Part shown: one piece after another, positions 28,257 through 39,944 of the stretch
Layout of the letters: each line of letters starts with the position of its first letter
Position numbering within the stretch: the first letter of the stretch is position 1
Origin: Epiperipatus broadwayi
Lineage: Eukaryota > Animalia > Onychophora
Assembly: GCA_028023455.1 (NCBI GenBank)
Contig: JAQFVV010000007.1
Location: forward strand, 5,456,001 to 5,520,000
Direction: 5' to 3'
DNA: 64,000 nucleotides
The notes under the pieces: model-generated
Databases searched by the model: none
Seen by the model: the letters and a program-made list of their open reading frames with translations, nothing else
Told to the model about the DNA's origin: nothing
Translations under genes and position numbers: made by a program

Positions 28257-28691
28257 TGTAATATCTTCGCCCCTAAGCTTTTTCAGAGGGGTAGAAAAAC
28301 ACTTACAATCCGATCGAACTCGGCTGAACAACTCTTAAAACTGTTGTGCCGCAAATAGCTCTTAATAGCTTTATGTATCCAACTTCTGTTAACAAGACTG
28401 TAACAAGTGCACAATGTTTTCCTCTAGCAGGGTATATATCCCTCTGAGTTCTTTCGTTAAGTCTTATCTGCTACATTCTGAATACTTAATCGCGTGTTTT
28501 CCAAATCCATTTTATTGTTCTTACTTTAATTAGTTATTTTTATCTCTGATAAAAGTAATCCCACAATTTGTTTTTAATTATAATTATTTTCCATTATAAT
28601 TATTTTTACTTTCAGCTAAGATAAATTGAAAACTTCTGGAGTAAATTGTCTCTAGTAAACTCGCTGTTTATTTCTCAACATGAATACAACA
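28257..28691 (-). repeat. 5' LTR
   Basis: Direct repeat of 26106-26537. Confidence 0.95.
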
Positions 28692-29825
28692 ATATTATAA
28701 TTTATATTATGACAGGTTGACCACCTTTTTCATGCTTAGAAAAAGTTATTTTATTTAATAGAATATATTTGATGATCATTAGATGTAAATTTTTGTGATA
28801 ATTTGAAAAGATTAGATTGAATATATGATGTGCTTAAAGTAATCATATATTTGACTTTTATATATAAAGTACAATCTTTGTATCATAACATTCACAGTGG
28901 ATAGCTTTGGAATAGCAGTTCACTCATAAAGGTAATGATGTATTGTTTTGGTGTACAAATGATATACATGTGTTTGTTTACCTCTACAATGACATATTCT
29001 ATATTGATTTTGAGTATTTTTTATTTTTTAGTTATGAAACTTGATTATAGTTAACGATAAGCATTGATTTCTGATCACAGATTGTTTTGTCATATTTTGG
29101 CATCCATTCTAATCAATTTAATGATTATCTTTAAGACTACTTCAAACATCAATTAGTTTAACATTTCAAAATTGCTATTTTAGCTAAGAGTTACTAATAA
29201 CTTCATCATTTAAACTCAGACAGTTCCAATAGACTTTTTACAGGTTTATAAAACTCACACTAACTTACTATTTGATATCAAAATTATCTTTAAAAGAAAG
29301 CAAAAAGTTATATTACATTGTAATTCCTTGTATCGATGTCAAAAAGGAGGTGGTCTAATATAATAAGTGTTCTCATTATTATATCTAATTCTTACAATAT
29401 AGTAATAAAATTGTTAATACTTTTTAAAAACCATTATATATTTATGTTAAAAATTAAAACTAAACCTGAAGTAACAATGGTAAATTAGAGTAAATTTTCA
29501 TTCAATACTCAATATAAAATATAACAAAAGTAAGACTCAAGAAAAATATAAAACTTTAGAAGAGATGTTGAGAATTCTGTCCGTGGAAAAGACTATGCAG
29601 AGATTATCTTTCATGCAATCACTTTTTTTTTTTACTTTGTAGCAGAATCGAAGTAACACAATTTTGATCTTTTTTATCTTTCAAAAATATAATAGGAAAA
29701 TTATTTACATTGTATTAATGTAAGAAATATATAACTTTCTGTTTGTTTTATGTTTATAGTATGATATTTATTTATTTTTATTATTATGTTGTCTTCATAT
29801 TTCTTCTTTACTCTTATTATAATAG

Positions 29826-29950
29826 GAAGAGAATATGATAAATTTGGAAATATGCGGCCATGGTGGAACAATCAATCTATTGCACGTTTTAAAGAGCGAG
29901 CACAGTGTATAATTGATCAATATTCCAATTATACAGTGAATGGAGAAAGT
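29826..29950 (+). CDS. M13 peptidase exon, [41 protein letters not shown]
   Basis: aatag| and |gtaagt; typical GRxYDxxGNxxxWW...F...CxxxQY segment. Confidence 0.96.
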
Positions 29951-30974
29951 GTAAGTCTTTTATAGTTATAAACTATTTTATAAGATGATATTTTTTTAAA
30001 AACATATACAAAAGTTTAAAAACAAGTTCTAATAAGTGAATACTTATACAAAATATAAATAAGAGAGGCAATAAAGTTTTATATTTTTAAGAGGGTTGTG
30101 AGAAGGGGAATATGTCTATAAGAAACAGAATCATAATTTTAAATTCTGAAAATTTTGCAGTTATTAAAAAAGTCTAAGCAAGTTATAAAAATATTTTCAT
30201 TTACATATAAAGAAGTCATTAAAATTATAAGCAGAAAAATTCTAAATTAATTTTATTAAAATAATTTATCATTATATGTGATGATTATCAATTATCCATT
30301 GTGTTTTTGGCAAAACAATTCTTATAAAGCAGTTTAGTTGTATTAATAATCAAAATAATATCTTATGGGTTAGGTTATAATTACAGATCAGAATAAATAT
30401 AAATGAATATTGCATGAGCCATTATATGCATAGTTTGTTGAACTAACATATTTTGGTATGGACCAAGATTAGAATGATGTTGGCCTATAAATCCTATTCT
30501 AAAGATATTTAAAAGAAATTTGAAGCTGATTATTTAAAATTTCTGCTAATTTTGCTAAATTTTAATGTTTGATAATTACTAAAATTTTCAAACTTATGAT
30601 TATTGAGACAGGAAGTTCTCTTAAAGAGTATACTATGGATATGAACAAATCTGTTTTTGAGTTCTCAATAAAAACAGACTATTTCTCATGTCTAACCTGT
30701 TTAAGGGGAAATTGAAGTCTTCTCTGATTGTCAGATTAATGAAATAAATATGGAGCTTTGTAAATAATATAAAACATATTTCAACAATTGATAAGAAGAT
30801 TTGAACATATGAAGAATGGGCTAAAATACAAAGATACTTCAGTTATTTGTTTATTACTAACATTAAGATCTTTTTTGTTTCACTAAACAGTTAGAATGAG
30901 TATTTTGGTTGTCTTTTTAATAATGCTACAAATATTCATATAATTGTTTTTATTAAATGCTTTTATTGATTTTG

Positions 30975-31230
30975 GAAAATCTGTTTGCTTCTTAACTTTT
31001 GATCTTTTTCAAGTTAGAATGAAATTTTAAAATTGAAGTTTCATATATTTAAATTCAATACAATTGCTTGAAAATTGATATAAAACTAAGTTATTTCATC
31101 CTAATCCACTTAAAACACTTATCTTTTCAGCATGTCAACTAGTTTGATAGATGTGGAACAGAGTTCAGGGGGAAATATGAAAAATATTCAATAATTTCAC
31201 ATTCTGCAGTTAACAGTTATTTTTTTTTTA
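30975..31230. repeat. Dispersed repeat, homologous to about 42695-42960
   Basis: Shared gatctttttcaagttagaat.aaattttaaaattga..ttcatatatttaaattcaata.aattgcttgaaa block. Confidence 0.75.
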
Positions 31231-31589
31231 AAAAAAAAATTATTTTAAATACTGGTCATAGGGAAAACAGTTTAATTTTTTTTCTTTCAATTTAACAGCA
31301 TTCTTTAAACCATTTTAAACTCTTAATGTATATATCATATTTAGAATGTATACATAATTATATAGATATAAACAATCAGTAACTTTTTATTTAAAACTGT
31401 TTCTATTTTTATTTTAAAACCATTGTTGTTTTTTTTAAAAAGGTAAACTAGAAAAATCAAAAACAATCGCGAAAAGTTAAAAAAGACTGCATTTTTTTCT
31501 GTTTTTAAAAGTAAATTTATTGACTATGAATACAAAGAAGAAATAGTAAAGCAAATACAAAGAAAAAAACAACTAAATTGTCTTGAATC

Positions 31590-32200
31590 ATAATGAGCAT
31601 TCGGACAGTTTGAGCAACATGCACTCTTTTCAACAGTCTTGTTATTCTTCTTGAAATTGAGAGTTCGGTATCTTTACTTGATAAAACATGGGCAGGAAAA
31701 CAAAACACATTCCCCAGCCTTACAACCATTATAGGAGAACTGATTCTTTGGCTCTCAATTACCCAAAATGGGCACACTTAGCCATGGCTAGAGCCATCTT
31801 AGTGGCTTATGTAGAGTTGTACAGACTGTTAAGGAAGTCCCCCAGCACTGATGCAAAAACTATTCAGGCAATACCACAAGCTTTCATGTGTCATTATAGA
31901 CTCTTTCTAGCAAAATCATACAATCCCTCTTTCTGACATCCTTGATCTTGCACAAATGTTCATTATGTAAATTACCTTTACTCTTCCCAAATATCACATG
32001 GCATCTCATTGTCCAGACTATATAGTTCATCATGATTGACTATCTAATTATTTCAAAAATTCCAGTTTTCAGGCATTCATTCAGGTAAAAAATCCTTTGT
32101 TTATAGGATGTCATCCAACCATTGAGTATTGCTCTGCATTTATTTAATATCACTCAACCAAAGAAGAGATGCTGCATTGATTCATTCTCTTAATTGCACA
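31590..32200 (+). mobile_element. Possible non-LTR element C-terminal CCHC fragment
   Basis: Across frameshifts: FMCHYRLFL...HKCSLCKLP.TLPKYHMASHCPDYIVHHD. Confidence 0.3.
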
Positions 32201-32731
32201 TCTGGCAAACTGATTTTTTTTTAAAAACAACTGTATTAAAATATAAATAAATCTATCAATTTAAATAGTAAACTTAATTACTGATTTATTATACATATAT
32301 ATAAGTCATTAGATATTTCTTATGTACTGAAATTAATTAAGTCAATATCTATTTTTATAACAAGTTCTAGTGATATATATATCAACTATAAATGTTCAGC
32401 CAATTTAAAGTATAATATAGTTTTACATTTTCATTTACTGTGTCAGTACTAAAAACTTAAAAATAATAGAAATAAAATTGTTTTTATATTAAATGATTTT
32501 ATTGGCTGTGCACTAAAAAGAAATAAAATAATTCTTTCTTCAACCACAATTGGAGCTTTTAGATTTAATTTGAAGTAAAAGCATGGGGTACAGAAATTAA
32601 TTAAGTCAATCCATATTTTTATAACAAACATTTAATAATTTTTCAGTAATAGTTAATCATAAACAATTTTTAACAAATATTATTAATAGTAAATAAGCAT
32701 GTATTTTTATATAACGCTATGCATACAATTG

Positions 32732-33080
32732 TATACATTCAAAGATTAGCCTTTCAAGCTAATTGTGCATGCGTCTATTGCGAGTGTTAAATAATAAATG
32801 AATACTTCACTCTACAATACAAGATATAGTATTTATGCAGGAATAAAAGGAATCCTCTTATTCCTACAACTCAAATTCTTTTATATGAGCAACATGCTTT
32901 ACTCAACAGTACTTCAGATTTGCTCATATAAAAGAATTTGAGTTGTAGGAATAAGAGGATTCCTTTTATTCCTGCATAAATACTATATCTTGTATTGTAG
33001 AGTGAAGTATTCATTTATTATTTAACACTCACAGTAGACGCATGCACAATTAGCTTGAAAGGCTGATCTTTGAATGTATA
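32732..33080. mobile_element. Foldback element/MITE with 161-bp arms and a 27-nt loop
   Basis: 32732-32892 is the reverse complement of 32920-33080 with 3 mismatches seen. Confidence 0.92.
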
Positions 33081-34249
33081 AATATTATTAATACAAAATT
33101 TCATTAAACATTTACTGCACAATACCATGTGTTAAACATGTTGTTTTTATGAAGAAATGTAATATTAGATATGTATGTAATAAATTATTTTTTATTAATT
33201 TTTTTAAAATATATTTTACATTTATTCTTAAATAAAAGGAATCAACAAACTGCCCACATTTTTTTTCGATAGTATGAATGATAACAAATATATTATCTAT
33301 ATTAAAATTTGTAGCATATTTATACCAAAAAATTAGAGCTTAACAGTCTGCTTAAGGAAAATGGATAATATAAGTGATGTTTAACACATACTTGGATTAT
33401 TTATTGCAAAGACATATGGTGGATGAAAATGAAATTTAAGCATAAACAAGAATTTTTGTCATGATTGGATTTTGGTATTGGTATGAGACTTCCAAAAAAT
33501 TCAACAAAGATTAATGGTATTTTATATAACTATAGAAAGAGATATCTACAAATAATCTAATATTTAACTCATCATTAAGACAATATTCTCTAGTACATAG
33601 TCTATAAAGAAAGTTTTTTCTTATTTATGGTGATAGTGAATTAATTAGAATTGTATTTTGACTTTAAACAAATAGTTAATTAAAAACCATATTGCATTGA
33701 TCTATAATTATTGTTATGAAGAACCTCAATGTATAATTTGGTTTTTAAATGTGCTTAATAATTTAATAACAAGATCATCAAAAATATATATCAAATAATT
33801 CAACATTGGCTTAATTTTACCATTAAATTATTAATTATTTATTAATGAAGATTTCAGTGCTTAGAGTATTTAGAGAAATAGATGAAATAATTCAAGAGAT
33901 AGCTTTTAACATGACTAATCTGTTTAAGAAATATTATGTATATTTTAATTTAAATCTACATTTATATATATTAGGATAAGGCAAGATAGTAGGTCAGTTC
34001 TTCATTATCAATAGCTTAAGTTTAAAAATAAACAGCTGACTAGACAGGTGGCAAACAAGAAAGCACTTTGTATATTAATTAAGATTCAGAAATTAAGATT
34101 ATTTTAAGATATTATAACATGAACTGTATACATAAATATACAAAACTAAATGTATTTATACACTTCATTGGGATTAATAATATTACATAATGTTGAAAAA
34201 TTAATTTATTTGAAATAACGATTACATATCAGTTATAATCAGTAGCAGT

Positions 34250-34700
34250 AGCAGTAGCTCATAAATAGGAATAGTCATTCCAATTCCAAGAAAAAAATAT
34301 AATAAAGCAAAAAATAACACTACATAGAGATGATTTTTCAGTGACTACATAAATCAATCTGTGAACTGCAAATATATTTACATATAGAACATGCTGGTCC
34401 ATTATTGTATCTGATGCTTCATGATGCTGTCTTAATTTTTTCTGCGGCAAACTTTTTTTCTGAAATATTTCAATATTATGTTAACTATAACTCTATAATG
34501 TATCTCACTCTCTGCCTTATCTCCCCAATGAAAATAATTAACATTAAACTTTCTTTAAAATTTACTTAAGAAATCATGATTGAAGTCTGCCTTCCCTATG
34601 AAAATTATGCTCTAGTTCACTATAAAAACCGCTTTTAGAAAGGTTGTGTTATTCATTTGTTTCACATGTCAAATCAAATATAAATACAATTTTATAATAA
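34250..34700 (-). repeat. Unclassified repeat copy A1, homologous to 35740-36150
   Basis: Shared blocks: cattccaattccaag/cacttccaactccag, gactacataaat/gactatataaac, atatagaac..ggtccat, ctgaaatatttca. Confidence 0.7.
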
Positions 34701-34949
34701 AGAACTATAATACCACATGTAGCAAGTTAAGAACATATTGATTAATCTTATGATTTAGCCAATGTATTTTTAAAAATGTGCTGAATATTGAAAAATGACA
34801 TTTTTATGCCTTGGTATTATGTCTAAAGAATATGCAAGTCTCACTTTCATACAGTAAAATAAAATAACAGTTCCATAAACAATCAAATTAATTACTCTGA
34901 TGTCACTATGATGAATGAATCTATGATTGCAATTAATATTAATTTTTGT

Positions 34950-35330
34950 TTCAAATGGATTCAATGTTTTGTATTAAAAAATGCAAATGTGTCCAGTATA
35001 ATTCAATCTAATGAAAAAATAAGAAATTGATTGGACACAAATTTGAACCCATCAATCCCACAATAGTATATAGAGAAAGAAATGACCATAGGCATAAAAT
35101 TAAAGAGGCCTACTTCATAGAAGGACACCTGTTTCACCATTTCAAAAAGATGGACAAATTAATCAAAACAAAGATAACGCCATGACCTATGACAAACGAA
35201 CAACAAACTAATTTGCATAAATTACAATACTCCTCCTCATTATCATTGACTGCACTCATCTATGAATATGAAGTCTAAGAACTTCGAAAGCACTTAGCGT
35301 ATATAAACTTCTAAACAAAATTAAACTTCT
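34950..35330 (+). mobile_element. Penelope-like element 3' end (GIY-YIG C-terminus + hammerhead-like motif)
   Basis: NANVSSI..GHKFEPINPTIVYRERNDHRHKIKEAYFI..KKMDKL, matching 53635-54243 and 52988-53341. Confidence 0.85.
35258..35299 (+). ncRNA. Hammerhead-like motif, A3-U8 core (degenerate)
   Basis: ATGAATA-T-GAAGT-ctaaga-ACTTC-GAAA-GCACT; stem I and the cleavage site are damaged. Confidence 0.55.
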
Positions 35331-35463
35331 CTAATAAGCGTGTTGGCGCAGAATTAGTAGTAATAATTATTTATGTAAATATTTTTAAATGTATAATGAA
35401 TACAATAGTCAAAAGCCCATAGTCTTAAAAGTTTGAATTTATTTAATTTTTTTTTTTTTACAG

Positions 35464-35529
35464 ATTAATGGACGCCAAACATTAGGTGAAAACATTGCAG
35501 ACAATGGAGGGTTAAAGTCAGCATTTCGG
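35464..35529 (+). CDS. M13 peptidase exon, INGRQTLGENIADNGGLKSAFR
   Basis: ttacag| and |gtaaat; GENIADNGG (ExxxD, third zinc ligand). Confidence 0.97.
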
Positions 35530-35739
35530 GTAAATATTTTATTTTTACAGCTTTATGTATATTTAGTTATTTTTAGATATGATTATTTGTAATAGATTAC
35601 AGTGTAAAAGATGTGAGAATAATGAGATATAAATTTTTGTATAGTAAACACAAAAAGAAAATTTTTAAATGCATCATTTCATATCTGAACTTATGAGAAC
35701 ATATACATGTCATAACAATTCAATTAAGTAATAATAATA

Positions 35740-36150
35740 AGCAGCCACTTCCAACTCCAGAAAATAAAATAAAAAGAAGGAAAAAACTACTTAAGAAATG
35801 AGTTTCGTGCCGACTATATAAACTAATCTTTGAATCGCAAATACATCCAAATATAGAACACACCGGTCCATTTTTCTGTTTACTTTATATTTTTTGATGC
35901 TATCTTTTAATTTCTTAGCAAAAAACTTTTATTTCTGAAATATTTCACACACACCCCCTTTAATTCTAACTCTCCAATATACTTTATCATTTGCCCTATA
36001 TTCTCAATGGAAAGAATTAACATTGCATTTCTTTAGAAAGTCTTTGAGATTATCCTTATATCTTAGATAAGTCTAACCTCTCCCACAAAAGCCTGATTTC
36101 TTTGACTTTTATAACTTTTGCTACTAATTTTGAAAGTTTTAACTTCTGAG
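35740..36150 (-). repeat. Unclassified repeat copy A2
   Basis: Homologous to 34250-34700; abuts the PLE RT remnant. Confidence 0.7.
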
Positions 36151-37620
36151 CTGAACTACCTGGTTTGTGTGATTATTCTATTGATTAGATCATATAGCTT
36201 TAAAAATTATATTTAAGAGTAGCAGCTTGGAAACTTATGATACATTTATTTATAGATGAGAATTTTAATAAGTTTCATCACATGGTAATTGATTTTGTCC
36301 ATAGAGTTGCTTAACAGTTTGTTAATTGAAGGAAATGATCGGAAATAAATAGTGTATTTATTGAAGCATATGTATTTTAACTTATTGGTGATCTTCAAAA
36401 TGTAGGGAAGACTGAACTGCAGGTGTGAAGTGAGAGAGTTTATAATAAAAGTTATTGATAGTAGCATGAATGTTTTTGAGATTTTATCCAATATTGACAA
36501 GGCTGCCACTAAATAATTCAATATTTTGTTTCTGATCAGCCTCAAATTTGCAGACTTTAAGATTTCTATTAAGGAAGTTTTTTAGGTCTGCAAATTTATG
36601 AGCACATGGAGTGTCGGAGTTTGGGTTTATAGTGCCTCTCATGCTGAAAGGTTTTAAAACTATTCTGTAGTCCAGGAAGTTGATCTGTCTTGTAATATCC
36701 AAATCAAGAAACTTTAAATTATGATGATGGCCATCTTTATGCTTAATAGTCCACATGAGAGATGTTGAAGATGTTAACTCAGCGTGTATTTGATGAATAG
36801 TATCTTTGCTAGCACATATGAAGGTGTCATCAACATATCCAAAATATAAGCATGGGGTGGGATGACATGCAACTCTAAGAATGATAAACATTCAAACCTG
36901 GAAAAATAGCTGCTACACACTACTACACAAATTTTTTCAAGACTTCATCAACATTACTGGTTGAATTCCTCTATAATGCTTTTTTTATATTAAGAATAAT
37001 TTAGAGTAAAGGGAAGTCTTACATTTCCATTGAAAGTTCTTGGAGAGTTACTTGATAGTTTATGATCTTTATTTAAATGAAAATTCTGTTAAAGTTTAAA
37101 TGACAATTTTCTGATATTGGGCTCTGTTCAACTAGAATTTTTCAGGAGCTTTAACTTGTCAAGATTTATGCTTTTAATGTCTTGACTTTGATAGGCTTTT
37201 TAGAGACTTTCTTCTACAACATTTTTATAACAAATATCAATAATGGATCTAGAAGGCTTAGAATTCTGCTACGGCTCTAACAAGGTCTTAGAAACAGGTG
37301 TTTTTTATGACCAGGAATGAACTAATTGAACTTTACATCACACAATCTTTTGTTTAAAAGAACTGGAGAGAAATCCAGTCATAAATTTGAGATTTGAATA
37401 ATTCTGATTGATTATTTAATAGAGTATTCAGATTGAATTTATTATCTCTTGTAATAGGGAGACAGTAACAGTAATAATACCCCTAATAAAGAACAAAAAA
37501 AATCCTTGAAAAAATTAAAAGCTATTTTTTTAATAATAATAATAAAATTCATTAGAACAACTATTTTGCCATAGAAGAACTTCTTTCAATAGGTATTTTT
37601 TACCTTCTCTTTGTTAATTT
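36150..37620 (-). mobile_element. Penelope-like element RT/thumb remnant
   Basis: PTPCLYFGYVDDTF, LKFLDLDI, HKFADLKNFLNRN, SLPYILKITNKL; decayed start of GIY-YIG (IYK..C) near 36250. Confidence 0.85.
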
Positions 37621-38190
37621 AACTCTTGTTAGAAAGGTACTCTTAAAGGATTTTATTTCTCACTTAATCTACAATATGAATCTAAGTCACTTTTGTAAAC
37701 AACAATAAAATTCTCAATAATAAACATATATTTGTGGCATTTTCAGATGTTTAGCCTATTCCTGAAGGCATACTGAACACAGATTTTTAGATTTTAGTGA
37801 TAGTACTTGATTATTGCTAGTGTAATTTTTTATTGCTTGATATCTTTAATAATTTATTCTGGCATCAATTTTTATTTTAAAGTGTAAAAATGAAACATTT
37901 TTGCAATCTAATTGACAAGATGTGTTTAATACTTATTTTATCAGTTTTATAAAAACTTTTATGTAGATTGCAAAAAAATATAACAATTACTTCAGACAGT
38001 TTAAAAAACATTCAGAATACAAAGAAATTGTAAAAAAACTTATTTTAAAAAAAATTTATGATGATGATCATAAGATACACCACTAGTTGATCTTTTTTTA
38101 ATACTCTTAACATGTATGTCTGTATATGTTTGCATAATATCACTTATAATTTATTAAGAGTTAAATTTTATTAATGTTTATTATTTTTAG

Positions 38191-38286
38191 GCATATGAAG
38201 ATTGGGCTAAAACATATGGTGAAGAACGTCCGTTACCAGGCTTAAATTTAACTCATCGACAATTATTCTTTTTAGGATTTGCTCAG
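38191..38286 (+). CDS. M13 peptidase exon, [32 protein letters not shown]
   Basis: ttttag| and |gtatac; LPGLxLTxxQLFFLxFAQ motif. Confidence 0.96.
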
Positions 38287-39264
38287 GTATACAAAAGTAT
38301 ATTTTTTTAATTTTTTTTAGAATTTAAATATGTTCAAACATTCTAATCTTTTAATTTTATTTTATAATTGTAACCAGGAGATATTATATATATATGTACA
38401 TATTGTGGATTGTTTATTAACTATAAAAGGACGGATATTTTTACTGATTTCATCTTGCTCTAATAGTAAGAAACTATGTATTTTAATTACATTTTAGTGT
38501 AAAAATTCCAAATTTTCTGCACTCACAACTATGATATTATCATATTTATTAGGTTAGAAATCATCATAACATTTTTGATTCAGACATACATTTTAATTAA
38601 AATTTAATATATCTATCATTATTAAATACAACTAAAAGGAATAATTAATTCAAATCCATTCCCCATTTTTTCTTGTATAATATCTTAAATATACTTATAA
38701 CTTTCAGATTTTTTATTTTATTTTATAATATTCATTTTGTCTTATATAAGTATGATAGCCAGATAAAAACTATCTCAAATATTTTAATAATCTAGGAATA
38801 TTTATTAATTCATTTAAATATAAGATAAAATATATTTACACAAAAGCAAATGTTAATATATTAATTACATATAAACTAAATATTGTTTTTCCACTTCTTT
38901 AATATATTTTTTATTTTGAATTTTTATTTCTCTATAATGTTGCAGGATTTTTGATCCAATAGATAAATTATTGAATAATTTTACCACATATATTTCAGTC
39001 TCATAAACAAAGACATTTGAAAAACTTAAATGACTTCAAAATGCTTTTCATTTTCAAATCAGCATTCTTCAGTACACCCAGTATTTGTCAATATCAAATT
39101 ATTATAATTGGTTCTAAACTTGCTACACTCACAACCAAGACACCATTCTCTTTAGATAAACAAATTTTAATTAAAAATAAATATATACATTTAAAAGCAT
39201 ATATTTGAGCTAAAAATATTATGATAATTTTTAGCCTAATAAATGATTACTAATAATCATTAAA

Positions 39265-39383
39265 TAATATTCATTAAGGCTGTAGCCTCAAGCACATGCA
39301 TATAAAAATGCGATAGTAGGGACCTCTACAGGTCTCACATTTTTATACGCATGTGCTTGAGGCTACAGCCTTAATGAATATTA
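39265..39383. mobile_element. Small hairpin MITE (TAATATTCATTAAGGCTGTAGCCTCAA TIR)
   Basis: Perfect terminal inverted repeats; shorter sibling at 61291-61365. Confidence 0.85.
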
Positions 39384-39887
39384 CTTACGTAATCAATGTG
39401 CATTTAAATAAATTTATAATAATCATTACAGTATTTATCTGAAGAGAATAGTTCTGAGTACACAAAATTTGGCACTTTTAGAGTAAATTGTAATAATTTG
39501 ATGTTGATAAATCTAGACCAACTGAAATATTCTACTTATCAGGACATAGTTTTTGATAATCCTTTACCTCTTTTAGATGTGATTATGCTCTTCTTTTCAA
39601 GTCCAAATTACTTCAAACAAACACTATTTTTTTGTAAAGAAATTACATCCTTTAATTTTATTTTTATCACTTTTGAAGTCTTCAAAAATATAACAAATAC
39701 AATTCTTTATACTTCTGACTAATTCTATTTTTATCAGACTATCAAGTAATTCTAATCTATAAAGAACTAGTAAAAATTATTATGAAATATTATGATTTGA
39801 ATAAAATATCAGGAAACAAATTATACTTGTTATCCAGTTTTAAACCACTGATCATCATATGATCACTATCTCATACTAGAACATAAC

Positions 39888-39944
39888 TGATTGCTCTTGT
39901 TGGCACAAGATGGCACTACTATATGGAGAGTTTTGCTTTGTTTT
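39888..39944. mobile_element. Fragment of AAACAGGCAAAACTC MITE family
   Basis: tggcactactatatggagagttttgc. Confidence 0.65.

Larger units (their letters stand above)
26106..28691 (-). mobile_element. Complete non-autonomous Ty3/gypsy (Mag-type) LTR element lacking pol
   Basis: Two LTRs with TGT...ACA ends, 5-bp TSD ATATT (26101-26105, 28692-28696), PBS, PPT, and a gag with two CCHC knuckles. Confidence 0.92.

Noticed and set aside
34950-36150. Inversion joining the minus-strand PLE RT to the plus-strand GIY-YIG end
   Set aside because: It would also invert the host exon at 35464-35529, which is correctly oriented; independent insertions are simpler.
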